Source of the DNA: Microthyrium microscopicum
Lineage: Eukaryota
NCBI GenBank assembly: GCA_010405405.1
Contig: MU004230.1
Location: 1,646,627-1,710,626 of the forward strand
Direction of reading: 5' to 3'
DNA: 64,000 bases
Part shown: positions 13,025 to 25,132 of the stretch, piece by piece
How the letters are laid out: each line of letters starts with the position of its first letter
Numbering within the stretch: position 1 is the stretch's first letter
Position numbers and translations under genes: made by a program
Notes under the pieces: model-generated
Databases searched by the model: none
Seen by the model: the letters and a program-made list of their open reading frames with translations, nothing else
Told to the model about the DNA's origin: nothing

Positions 13025-14125
13025 ATGTCAGCCCCTATCACTCGTCCGCAACCCAGAGAGTTGATCCCACCACTACTCGCATGTTTGCCAACTGCTGCAT
13101 TTTCACCAAAAGCTCCTCCTGCTTTATTAGACCTCTTAACACCCATTCTTCGACAAAGACTAAATGTCTTCGCTTCTAGCCCAAACTCGGACTCGTGGCT
13201 CAAGCTTCTCAACTGGGACCGTGATCAAGCTGCCAAATTACCACCGCTAGTCGAGCAACTCAATTTCGAACCACATCCTGTTTCAGGCGAGCTTGAAATA
13301 GAAGACATTGAAAAGATAGAGTTCCGAAGATTGGATCAGGAGACAATACATGCGCGTTTGGAGGTGGCTGAATATGATTTATTGCCAACATATCTATGGG
13401 TTGTCGCAGACAAGAATAATGGAGGTACAGGGTGGAGATTATCAGAGTTGAGAGTTCTTGAGGACAAGGACGATTCCGCAGACTGGTTTGACAGCATCGC
13501 TGAAGCAGAGACAAGATATAAAGAGAAGAACGGTTCAAAGCTAGGAAATGGACTTCCTCAAAACGGTACAGAGGAAGAAGATGATAGCGCATACTGGGCC
13601 GCTTATGATATGACTCCCGGACGAACACCTGCTAAGCGCTCTCCGGCTCCAGGAGCTCATGCCAATGGATTCCCAGTACAGGCTCCATCAAAGACGGAAA
13701 TGGAGTACTTTGAACGGTATCTTTCTGAAGTTCAACCCGCCACTGATCCTTACGATCCAGAGGAAGACAACGAGGTCACGAAAGAGTCCACTCTCAATCA
13801 TCATCGCAGTGAATTTGCTGAACCGGAAACTTCAGCTCCTAACGGCACGTCCACCAACAACGGCACAGATCCTGTGGAGCTAGTAATATCTGTTCCTGAC
13901 TCTCCACACCACCCCCAACCAATGGCGTCCTCACCTCGCTCGGTCGAAGCGCTGGATGCAGTAGCAACAGATCAGTCGCAAGCGGAGATTGGTATCAAGC
14001 AGCACATCTCTACTGACATCAAGTCATTATTCCGCCTGGCGAGAAGTGCGGGCATCTCCAGAGAAGAATTTGAGCGGGTTGTGAAAACGGAGCTGGAGGT
14101 TCTTCCTTTGATGGACATGGAGTAG
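13025..14125 (+). CDS. Conserved fungal hypothetical protein (366 aa)
   Basis: Intronless ORF with a good ATG context (caacATG), protein-like composition and a helical C-terminus (IKQHISTDIKSLFRLARSAGISREEFER). Confidence 0.85.
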   Translation: MSAPITRPQPRELIPPLLACLPTAAFSPKAPPALLDLLTPILRQRLNVFASSPNSDSWLKLLNWDRDQAAKLPPLVEQLNFEPHPVSGELEIEDIEKIEFRRLDQETIHARLEVAEYDLLPTYLWVVADKNNGGTGWRLSELRVLEDKDDSADWFDSIAEAETRYKEKNGSKLGNGLPQNGTEEEDDSAYWAAYDMTPGRTPAKRSPAPGAHANGFPVQAPSKTEMEYFERYLSEVQPATDPYDPEEDNEVTKESTLNHHRSEFAEPETSAPNGTSTNNGTDPVELVISVPDSPHHPQPMASSPRSVEALDAVATDQSQAEIGIKQHISTDIKSLFRLARSAGISREEFERVVKTELEVLPLMDME

Positions 14126-14608
14126 AATCCCATCGCTTCATGAAGTCATGACATGGTTTGGCATATGGCATTGGCGTGGAGTCTTTGAATGCATGGAAAT
14201 TTATGGCATAGCATTTTGTTATTGATTTTCTACTGTAACTGGCCGGATTAGCTATGTATTTTATACAGCCGCTGATCTTTCGCTCTAGTTGTCTATAAAG
14301 AATTATATTTGCTGTTCTTACCATACATGCTATATCTCAAGGTATCTTGAACACTTGGTTTAAATAACACAAAACATTATAGATAGGTACGACAATTTTA
14401 AAAAAGATAGAGGCACTCCTCAAACTCGGAAGCAGTATTTGGTAAGTCAAAGCCTTCGATGGTTTGGATATAGGTAGTAATATAGTACAATTCCGCCATA
14501 CTTTTGACCGATTCCCTATAACAATGCTGTCCACAAACCAAGCTATAAACGCCAATGCCATGAACCAAAGTGCTTCACATTTTCAATCTGCCAGACAGAT
14601 CAAGCCCA

Positions 14609-15341
14609 CTATGCCTTTCTCCGCTTTGCAGATCCACCCTGAATATGCTGCAACACCTGATCCAAGTCGCCAATATTCACATTATAATTCTGCTGTCCCT
14701 GCGGCACACTCTTCTCCTCCTCCGCGCCCTCAACCTCCTCCACCGTATTCTTCGGATCCGCCTCACCAACCACACTAATCCCCCGCGCCAAAAACCGCTG
14801 AAACGGCTTTGCGACAAAATACCCATCTGCTGAAAACCATTTCGCAAACGGCGCGCTTACACTGATCTCCTTCTCTTTACCACCGCTTCCAGAAATCTTC
14901 GCCTTGACTACATATCGTGGTCCATTGTCGCCTTGGCTATCTGTGCTCGTGCTAAGTGACAATGTGCTTCCTTTGCGAGTCGCTGTATACACAATCCCCT
15001 TCTCTACCCTCAGCAGCCAGTATGTGAAGGCCAAGTTAAGCACTCCATAGGCGAGAACGGCGGGGAGAGTGTAGGCGCGGGTTACGTCCCAGCCAAGTTT
15101 CCAGTCAGCGTAGAACAGGGCGCCGGCAATGGAAACGGCGGCGTAGCCGAGAGCTAGACGGACGTCGGTGAGGGTGTGGGATTGGGTGAAGCCGAGAGAG
15201 TTTAGGTAGTTTGGGAGAGCATCGTCGGTGGTGTTTTTGAGTTCTGTGGTTGTTTGTTAGCTGGCTGTGATGGAGGGAAGGGAAAGCTGGGGGGAGAGGC
15301 GGACCTGGGAGGGAGTAGACGGAGATTTTTGATTCGGCCAT
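14609..15341 (-). CDS. SPC2: Signal peptidase complex subunit 2 (SPC25 family)
   Basis: MAESKISVYSLP, intron, then ELKNTTDDALPNYLNSLGFTQSHTLTDVRLALGY, two TM segments and APFAKWFSADGYF. Confidence 0.9.
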
Positions 15342-15596
15342 TTTGATCGCGAGAGAGTTTGGGGTTTGATGATTGCGGTGGTCGAATGAGAGGAGTGTGA
15401 GTTTGGCGGTTGTGAGATGTTCGTGATGGATGTTGGAGATGTGGCTTTAGCAATTGAGGTAGGTACATACTGTACCCTTGTCTTGGCACGAGCTTTTGCG
15501 GCGTCTCGGATCTTTTGAAGCTTCGCGCTCTCAACCACCACTCCTGACAACGTCACAGCTAGGAGATATTGATCGTCCCATCTCGAGACTGTCAAG

Positions 15597-16818
15597 ATGG
15601 AGCACTCAATGGTTCAAACGATCTATAGAGATCCAGCGTTGTTGTGAGTTGGATGACATGGCGCGCAATGGTCATATGCTAATGAATGTAGTTACTGGAT
15701 TCTCATCCCTATCACGGTCGTTATGGTATGCGATACATCTCCAACCTCCCAATCAGTCCTGCAACAATAAGCTAACGAATGGATGTAGGTACTGACTGGC
15801 ATACTCCGTCACTACTCGTCGGTCCTTCTACAATCCATGCCAAAGAAACAACCCAAGAACAAGATCCGTGAGCACCGCCAACTCATCCGCGGAGCCAACC
15901 TGCGAGTAAACTACGAGTCCATTTCCCCTTCCTCGTTCCGAGCTCGCAAGGCACACTTTGAGACTGCTGCAAAGGATGGAAGCTTTCTCGCAGAGCCGGA
16001 GAATCGGGGCAAACCACCGCCCAATATGATGACGGACCCGGCGGCTATGGAAGGCATGATGGGAATGATGAAAGGCAACGTGGCAAATATGGTGTCGCAG
16101 ACGTTGATCATGGGCTGGATCAACGCGTTTTTCTCGGGGTTTGTTATCAGTAAGTTGGACTCCATCTGCCGGTTTGAAACATTTACCTGGTAGTGCCAGC
16201 AACAGCATCGTGGGGGCTGGGTGCGCAATGAGGCCGGCGTGTGCAAGCACCATGCTTCTCAACGAGTCTGAGTTGGTAGCCTCGCTATGGCCTCATTGGG
16301 ACCATAGTGATAGCTAGAGCACAGCTTCGATCTAAGCCCCTGTTGCTGGAGGCCGCTTGTTTCACCGCCTTACATATACTCGATTCTGAGCTAATATGAT
16401 GATAGTGAAACTGCCATTTCCACTCACTCCACAGTTCAAGGCTATGCTGCAGGCCGGAGTCGGCACTCGCGACATGGACGTACGGTGGGTATCCAGTGTG
16501 TCATGGTACTTCCTCACCCTCTTTGGGTTACAACCTATTTATAACTTCATTTTGGGAGGCGACAATGGTAAGTCTGAATCAAAAGCAGAAAAGCTTAGGA
16601 AAACCACCAGCGAAAGTTTGATATACTAACATAGCCACACTTTAGCGGCCAACCAAATGGCGCAGCAAATGGCCCAAATGAACCCAAGTGCTATGATGGG
16701 ACCAGGCCAAGACCCAGATAAACAGTTCCAAGCCGAGGCAGAAAATCTAGAAGTGCTGGAACACAAGTATCTACTTGACGGAATCGAGGAGCGCATTTTA
16801 GCGGGCTGGGCTGCTTGA
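15597..16818 (+). CDS. EMC3: ER membrane protein complex subunit 3 (5 exons)
   Basis: Spliced product IYRDPALFYWILIPITVVMVLTGILRHY...GWINAFFSGFVI/KLPFPLTPQFKAMLQAGV..DMDVRWVSSVSWYFL...FQAEAENLEV; stop TGA at 16816-16818. Confidence 0.95.
16168..16377 (+). ncRNA. Candidate structured RNA inside EMC3 intron 3 (intronic snoRNA-like or cis-regulatory element)
   Basis: Intron 16150-16405 is 256 nt against ~50-80 nt for most introns here. It contains nested perfect stems CCAGCAACAG/CTGTTGCTGG and CAATGAGGCC/GGCCTCATTG, an outer stem TGAAACA/TGTTTCA, and an ACA just after the outer stem. Confidence 0.5.
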
Positions 16819-19800
16819 CCGAGAAAGAAGGCAACTAGAAAATGTGGATCCTGGGATCTGCATGTCTGGAGGGTTTATAATGGAAAGCGTGTTTACATAT
16901 TACGTTGGCTAATAGATTTCACGTTAAGAGGTCGTGTCGAATCAACGTGTATCTCTAACGGCCTCATTTCGCGGCGTAACGTTGGAGGCCTCTGAGGCCT
17001 CCCACGCATTCTGAAAGGACAAGTAGGCTCTTGGATATCCTCTAGCATCCTATCAGCTCTATGAAGTGGGCGTTAAGATTGCGGAAAGGAATTTAGCGTT
17101 CAAGAAACAAATGAGAAAGTCAAACATGCCTACGAAAGCAGGTGCTCTTATCCTTCCTAATGCCAGATGCTGGTACATATAAGCAGCCACCTTATACAAT
17201 GAACGACTATGAACCAGTCCTTAGCCATACCAAGGCCATGTCTTTTGCCTAGCTTTTACCGGTCAATTCAACCAGGTTTTAGATGGCGCTGAGGACTTTC
17301 CCGTCAAGGAGTAGTATCTTAAGAAGAGCCGCAAGAACTGTGAGGACACGGTTGGCGACCATGCGAGACATACTATACCACGTTGCATTTGACCGCAATA
17401 GGTCCGTCCGTCAATTAGATTTTGGGGGCTTTATGTATTGTGGGCGCCAAAAGTGCCTGTTGTATGGACTGATGAGATCGGATTGTGATGCGGGTTTTGG
17501 GTTTCTGACTATAGCAGCATGATTTTGAAGGTCGGAAGATTGTCTTTTGCAAAGCTACAGACCAATGGGGCGAAATCATACTAGTTCGACAAGGTTTTGA
17601 ACCAGTCAATGACCTCCAGGGTTTTCAGACCGATCGAAAAGTCGAGCGTGATCCTCGCCACCTCCCCCGGGTCAATGATCTCGCCCTTTTGGTGGGACTT
17701 TGCATAGTTGGATCATATTGGGTAGCATTCATAGCTCAAAAAGCATACGTGATCCGGCTCGTTAGGTTGCTGTATCTTGACAGGGCACCTATCAGAGCAT
17801 CGGCAGGAAGAAGATATTCACGTTTTCTCTGACGAGCATTCAGAAGCATTTGGAGTATTGACACCGACAAGGACTTGCAGATGAAAGGCTTTGTGGAAAT
17901 CAACGATTTCATGAAACAATTGTTCCATTGGCCAGCCGCCAACCTAATGTAGATTTCAATATCAAATGCAAGTTTGTCGACTCCGCCTCGTTCATATCTT
18001 ATAGGTCGATATCTCGAAATCTTCGAGGAAGATGGCATTGCGCCACGTTTTAGAGTAGAACTAGGTTATCAGCGGACGTTATCGAACAGAGCTGGCAAAG
18101 CCGTTTTGTCTGTTTGGTAACTGGTTAGAATGTGAAACCGCCATTTTCAATTGAAGATAACCACTGCATAGATGACCAAGTCTGGTACGTAAAGACTAGC
18201 GACCTCTTGCACCTGATATCCAAGGGACCGAGCCCGTGGGTAGGAATGGACGATATGTACCTAGTGCCTAGGACGTATATGTCCCTAGATATGTATCCAG
18301 GTAGGTATGTATGTATGCACCCACGGGCCACAGTGTTGGGGAAAGAATGCCTTGAGAAAAGTGAAGCAAAAGTGCGAAGATCCAACAACACCAGGGTCAA
18401 GTGCTCCAAGTGATTGGCTCTAACCCACCTCATGCCTGCGATGTCAATAGAAGTTTTACCCACAGTGCACTGTGAGCTGGCAAGGCATTTCCTGACTTCT
18501 CCGCGAACTTCGCAGCGCGCGATATCAAGTTTGGTGTGAAGGTCCAAGGATTAATGGCAGAAATGATCAAAGACGATCCACGACCACGACGCACAGCACC
18601 AGCCATGAACATGTTACATGGCATAACGCGCAAACGTTGAAGCCATTGGAGAGGGTCTATTTGGTCCCAAGTAGTTGGAGACGAAGAGGCTTATTGCCTC
18701 GAACTCGTGGAGGTGGTGGAGACTGGACACTCGATCCTTCGTGATCGACATGTCTCAGCCGCTCCTTGGCATGCTTTTTCTCTCCCAACCTCACTCAAGT
18801 TTATCACGGCTTTGTACCCTTTGGCCCAGCAGAGCCGCACTAGTCCTTTTACGATACCGCCATGAGTGATCTGGTCCGAGCAATGGACGTGCACCTGGGC
18901 AGCTTCCGACTGTCTGGCGTCCCACAGTCCGGTTCCAGCTACTTGTTCTCCAACCATGTCTCGCCTTGCTCATCTTTCACGAATTATTGCTCTCTACAAC
19001 TGCTTTTGCCAGGTTCACCAGGCCCGACGTTCCGATAAGCATCTTGTCCCAAATATCCAATAAGGTGGGCCCAACAGCGCTTGCTCAGTCAGATAGGGGG
19101 TTACAGGCTTCACAGCTCTTCAATCACACCCAATGCGCAAGCACTCATCCTAAAAGGGTTGAAGCTTTACAAACATCTTCCGAGAAGGCGACCCCAGACT
19201 CCCAGAACCCCTGCAGCGGTCCGTCTCTTCAGGGCCATTTGGCTGGTGTCTGGCCTTGATCCTCTTCGTATCGAGTAGCGCATTCCTATCAGGTAGTCAC
19301 GATCGTGGTTCAAATGATTACGATGCTTGTGGTATGCGCTCCAATGGACGAGGAGTTTCGCGGGGCCTTGCATGCTCTAACCATGCTAGCTTCGTGGTAG
19401 TGGAATAATCCTCGCGACAAGCTACCGTAGCTCTCCGGAGGCCGCTTGACGCATCGCCTAACCCAACTACCAGATCACGATTCCACGAACGAAAGGCAAA
19501 CCAACCACATTAACTAATGTGCTCGATTTTGCTGGAGAGCCGTCTTCTGCCGACCTCCAGTTCATACAGGGACTGTCCCGCCTTCACTTCTCAGCGTCCT
19601 GCAGCTGGGCGGGAAACGGCCTCGCCAACCCCGGATCTTACCATGTCCGTCAAGGCACAAGTGACTGAAGAATGCTTTTTCCACTATACCCGCCAGCTTC
19701 TCGTCTTTTGTTTCTAGACTTTTGAGTGCAAGAGTGAATGAAACGTCAAGTCGTTCATCTTGGCAAGCACAACAGTCTAGATGTTCCCACGTTATCGGAG

Positions 19801-20728
19801 TCGAGACCGAGACCCCTTAGAGCAGGACCGCCTTGTTACGTCTGAGTGCCCAACAGGAGGCTCTGCGGGCGAGTATCTGGCGTTCGAGTCAGCTTGACAA
19901 CGTAATGGATGGGGGATGCTTGATGATGCACCAATCGTGCACAACAATCCCAAGTGCGCGGCAGCACAGATGTGGCCCATTATTGAACGAATAGTTGCAA
20001 GTTTTCGAGCCCACCATTGAATGGCTTAGGGCGTATTTCTGCAGGGACTGGGGTAACTCCTCACTTGTGCTGCAGAGGCTTAAGAAAGCTCACAACACTG
20101 GTTGATGCCATCATCTTGAACATCTGAATGGCAGCGCGAAAAAGCGCCTCATCTCATCGACAGATACCCTGTCCTTGCAGTCGCCTATCTTTTCAATTTT
20201 CCGGTGTAGAAAGTACTGGAGTGACTTGAGTTTTAGTTTGCCTACTGCTACGTTTGTATGCTAATTCCAGACTCCAGTGAAGCCCACGCGCAATAGCTGT
20301 AAGTTCAGTATGGTTATATTACGGTACTTTGTGTTTGGATAACCGCCTACTAGCCAGCCTCTTTGCATCCAGACTTATCCCTTTTTCGACATATATAGTG
20401 GTGTGGTCCCCTTTTAGCTTTTCAACACCTTGAGGCTGTGCTCGACCGATCGCTGAATATTTTAAAACTCAATACATGAGTTGAGAAATTCTGCCGCGCT
20501 CCGCCTGTTTCGTTACTGCTCAGCCCCCCTTTTCTTATACACACTGTTTGTTGTTCATTGTTCCCCTTTTTGTGGCTGCTCAGTAAAGGGCATAAGGTCA
20601 TATAACACCTTTCCCGGTCTTGTCACATCAACAACAATATCAGATCCGGTGTTAGGCTAGTGTTTTGGATACTGTTTTAGCTGGATTTGATCCTTTTCTT
20701 TACCTTCAATCATACGTTACCATCCAAG

Positions 20729-22315
20729 ATGGCTTTTCCAGCATACGAGAATCATACCAGAGAAAGTGAGGCCAACTATGGTCAACCTTCTTCGGAATGG
20801 TATCAAAATTTCGAGGATTTCGAATTTCAGCCTCAAAGCTACAGCCAAACTTCTCACTCTGCTCTGTTTTCTGACAGAAAGACCGATAGCTATTCCCGTC
20901 ATCATTTTGGGATGAATCGGTATATGGATGATGTTGACACCATCCCCTATCCACCCGACAGGTCCTACTTTTATGATGATGAGCACTTTCACCGACTTCA
21001 GCCTACTCATACCCTGGCATACAATCAGCCTAAGAACAACCCTTTCCAGCCACATTCGCCAGTCCGAATCCTCAATGACCTTGAAGATTTAGACTCAATT
21101 TCCTCTGGGACACGGACCTTTAGCGTTGGTAACGAAGACCCTCGTTCCCCAGTTTGCCTTCCTCATCCTTATTACGCACCACCTCGACTTTTGGCAGACT
21201 CTGGCGACATCCCATCCATGCCCATGACATCGCCACAAGTAACGATGGTAGGGAGCCACTTTGTCACCCTCAATCAGGTCGAACACGTTCCCAACGCTAC
21301 GCAAGACGAAGCCATGTCTGACATTGATGCCGAAGGCGATGACGATCCATCAATTCTTCCTCCTTCTAAGCAAGTCACAGACTGGCCATCAACCAAATCT
21401 GAACAACCTCCAACACCCGAACTTCAGCATGAATCAATCGCTAGTCCATCTAACGACGATGAAGTCCTGTCAGACGCTGATGCTAATGATTCCGACTACG
21501 TGAACACCAACACTCGAAGTCGAAGATCCAGCAAACGCACTCCCCCTACCAGCATACGCTCGCGTCGTAGTGCTCGTAGACCCTCTGGCGACAATCGCGC
21601 ATCCATCAACCTGGAAGTACCCCAGTCTCGTGCTCCCAAATCCAAGCGTGCAACCTATACGAAAGCAGGTGCTCGTTCCAACAATCCTACAAATGTCATA
21701 CGACCATTCTTCTGCCCACTCGCCCCTTATGGCTGCGCAGCAACTTTCTCATCCAAGAATGAGTGGAAGAGACACGTCAGTACACAGCATGTCAAGATAG
21801 GCATCTGGCGCTGCGAGATCTGTCAACCACAACCAACTGCAACAGGCACACTGGGCTCCTACAACGACTTCAATCGCAAGGATCTGTTTATGCAACACTT
21901 GAAGCGAATGCACGCCAATGAACTCTGCAACAGCCCCGAGTATACTTCGCTAGCCCCGCTAGGTGCCGAAATGGTCGATTGCGTTGATCGTGCCAACGAC
22001 CCCTACTCAGTAGCAGCTGTTGTGCTCAACACCGTGGTATCACGCTGCTGGAAAATCCTACGCGAGCTGCCAACTACCTGCCGCTGTCCACTCTGTGACA
22101 ACAAGGAGTTCCAAGGTCACTCCGCGTGGGAAGACTACATGGAGCATCTTGCTGGCACACATTTTGAACGACGTCGTAGTGGCGAAAAAGTTGTCAGACC
22201 CATCTGGCGAGAGGACAACGATTTATGCCATTGGCTGCAAGCTGAGGGTCTCATCGAGCCGGATAACAAAGGCGGGTGGCGAGTTGGTGATGGTCAACCA
22301 AAAAGGAACGTCTGA
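20729..22315 (+). CDS. Fungal C2H2 zinc-finger protein
   Basis: ORF with FFCPLAPYGCAATFSSKNEWKRHVSTQH, WRCEIC...FNRKDLFMQHLKRMH and CRCPLC...WEDYMEHLAGTH; first ATG at 20729. Confidence 0.9.
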   Translation: MAFPAYENHTRESEANYGQPSSEWYQNFEDFEFQPQSYSQTSHSALFSDRKTDSYSRHHFGMNRYMDDVDTIPYPPDRSYFYDDEHFHRLQPTHTLAYNQPKNNPFQPHSPVRILNDLEDLDSISSGTRTFSVGNEDPRSPVCLPHPYYAPPRLLADSGDIPSMPMTSPQVTMVGSHFVTLNQVEHVPNATQDEAMSDIDAEGDDDPSILPPSKQVTDWPSTKSEQPPTPELQHESIASPSNDDEVLSDADANDSDYVNTNTRSRRSSKRTPPTSIRSRRSARRPSGDNRASINLEVPQSRAPKSKRATYTKAGARSNNPTNVIRPFFCPLAPYGCAATFSSKNEWKRHVSTQHVKIGIWRCEICQPQPTATGTLGSYNDFNRKDLFMQHLKRMHANELCNSPEYTSLAPLGAEMVDCVDRANDPYSVAAVVLNTVVSRCWKILRELPTTCRCPLCDNKEFQGHSAWEDYMEHLAGTHFERRRSGEKVVRPIWREDNDLCHWLQAEGLIEPDNKGGWRVGDGQPKRNV

Positions 22316-23108
22316 AAGTAGTGCGCGATCCGATAAAAGTCTTTCGTTTGTCTTTCCCTTGGTGTTGAAGCGGAGTGTAACCCCTTTGAAGATGGGATGC
22401 ACTGAGCCTTGACACGCCAACATGTCCTGGCATGGACTTAATGTTTTCCCCTGCGATGGATATGATACCAAAGAATGGATGGCCGCTTTTTTATCTGTTC
22501 TATTCCCCTCTTGTTCCGCGGTTGAAAGACATCGCCTAGTGCTTATACGCGTCACTTAGTGACAGTCCGACTCTGACTTGCATATTCAGATATATACGTT
22601 GAAATCTTCAGTAACGTTGCTACGGCAGAAGACATATTTGCACCCCTGACTCATGGTCAATTTCCACAGATGACCTTTTCCTGATCTTGTGATGAATTTC
22701 GAGTCCCTTCGCGTGATAAACAATCGTGTAGGTAAGATGAGGTCGACAATTTGCATCCTGTCTCATGATGATGCTATTCTCTTGGCTGTCAAATCTTTGA
22801 TATACAATAGGTTAAAAAGACGAGGACCTGATTAAGTGGCGACAAGCGCGTTTATATGGCGGCAGAGGCGTGTAATCGCGCTTGTTTTGGCCCAACGTCG
22901 TCGCAAACTGACAGAGTAGATTGTCGGCTCGTTTTTAGTCTTTGAAGGCATTAAGATCATTGAGATTGATTGAACGGGACTTGTGGACACCTCTTCATCA
23001 ACATATTTGCCAAGGGCAGCCTCGATGTGCAGAGAATCGCTCTAGAGACTACTTGAAAGTCAGGTCACACATACACGCTTTATCCGGACCATCATACCAT
23101 GTATCGAA

Positions 23109-25132
23109 ATGCCCAAGCTTCGAGAAACATGCACACGTTGCTCTCGACGTCGACAGAAATGCGACAAGCAGATTCCGTGCTGGCGATGTGTTCGCGATGG
23201 AGTGGGGGCGTCGTGCTCTCGAAGTTGGGGTGAAGGGTACGATGCTCGGGTGCATCGGACCTATCCCAAGGACTCTGGAACAAATCCTTCTGAGCCAAAC
23301 TCTAGGGACGGAACTATTTTGCATACTACTGGGCCGCCCACACCTGCGCCGGCAGCGCCGCAGTCAGGTCTGACTGGGACCCCGGATGGCGACAAGGTCT
23401 TTTTGCAATCTCTTGTGCCCCAAAGCTTGCAAATACTGCAGCTTGTCGACTACCACGAACTGCAACTTCTCTGGTCCCACAACTGCTTGAATGGACCGGT
23501 TTTCAGAAGAGAGGTAGCTAGTGCAATCAAAGCGCCTGGTGGCCTGCAAGTCAAAAATCTCGACTTGAGATGGACTGCTCTTCTCTTTGCTGTCATGGCT
23601 TCAAGCTTGACTTGTGCCCCAGCATCATTTCTCCACAATTGGGGCTTCCCGGAATCTCAGCGAAGAACGTTGAGCGAGCGATGGTATAAAGCCACAATAT
23701 CATGCTTGAATCTGGGGACCTACATATCGAAACCTCATGTATACTCTCTCCAAGCCATCCTGGTGGCTACCAATTCAGCCAATATCATAGGATATGCAAG
23801 TGAGCAATTTATCCTGTACGGCGCGTTGCTGCGCATGGCTCAAGGGCTTGGTTTAAACCGTCTGCCGTTGAGTCCAGAGCTAGATGACCTTGATTCTCAC
23901 GATGGTATAATTCCACAGTCTCGGAGGGAAAACATTTCTTCAAGAGAGGTTGGAAGGAGACTTTGGAAAAACATATGCATTCAAGACTGGCTCTCAACTC
24001 AGTTTTCAGGTAGGCGTATGCACGTCTACATATTAGCATTCTCTAACTAGATGTAGGCATGGTGTCCATAAGTAAACAACAATTTACAACCTCAATTCCT
24101 CGTCGAATAGATGATGAGTCTCTTCGATTTGTAGACGAACGCACACCACTAGGGATTGATTACACACAATATGTCTACGAAGTGTCGTCCCTATTAGCTG
24201 ATTTCTATGGAGCGATTGGAGGCATCTCTGAGGATGCACAACAATATGAGATTATTCTGAAGTTTGACACGAAAATCCGAGCACTTGGGGTAGGCAGTAT
24301 GGCAACATGCTTCAACTACGTACGGCAACCGGCTAGGCATTTACCATGGGTGGACTGGGCAAGACGAGCAGCGATCATGTTCCAAGCCAGCAAAACTATG
24401 TCTCTGCATCGTAACTTCTTACTCAAAAGCTTCACGGAGCCGAAGTATGCGTACACGAGATGGGTGTCTATCACCACATCGAAGATTGTTTTACGAGAGG
24501 CTGAGGCAGATCTTGATGACCCGGAAAGTCCCAAACTTTGGACTACACAAGCTCAGGTAGTTGTAGCCGCAAGGACATTATGTCTCGATATTCGACATCG
24601 CTCTGAGACTGAGCCAGAATACGCAGAACATCGAGAGCTAATTGAACGAGCACTCGATATTCTACACAAGTACGGTGACAGCGCGCTAGCATCCAAGGGA
24701 ATACAGTTGATCACTTCAATACTTCGAACAGGACGACCACCTTCCCAGGAATCAAGAGACACCTCTATGCGAGAAGTTGATAACAACAGCCAAGACCACG
24801 AAGAACATCCAGTCACATGGCCTTTAGATAGCCAGATGAGCGCTTCCAACATGAAGCAGCATGGCCCCGAGACCCCGGAGAGTCTGCCGCCAGCTGGATC
24901 AGGACACTTCACTCCCCAGCGATTACTGCAAGATGGCAGTACCACCGTCACAGATGCCTCGCACACTGCTTTATATGATGCCGCGCTGCAGCAGCCACCT
25001 CATTTCGATATTATGAGTTCATCGGGCGCCACGGGGTTTGGCGCATATGGAACGCATGATGTGCCGATTATCGATCTTTTCTCCGACTATATACCTTCGC
25101 GGAACGGGTTTGACGACGCTTTTTTCTCATAA
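23109..25132 (+). CDS. Zn(II)2Cys6 transcription factor with fungal-specific TF middle domain
   Basis: N-terminal CTRCSRRRQKCDKQIPCWRC......CS binuclear cluster; AQGLGLNR and REVGRRLWKNICIQDW middle-domain motifs; one intron near 24010-24057. Confidence 0.92.

Noticed and set aside
16178..16192. ACATTTACCTGG resembling the 5' end of U1 snRNA (ATACTTACCTGG)
   Set aside because: Imperfect match, with no U1 stem-loop I/II motifs or Sm site downstream. It is treated as part of the structured intron instead.
16900..20700. Telomerase RNA candidate
   Set aside because: Only partial template-like words (CCTAACCCA, TTAGGGC); no 1.5-repeat TAACCCTAA template seen.
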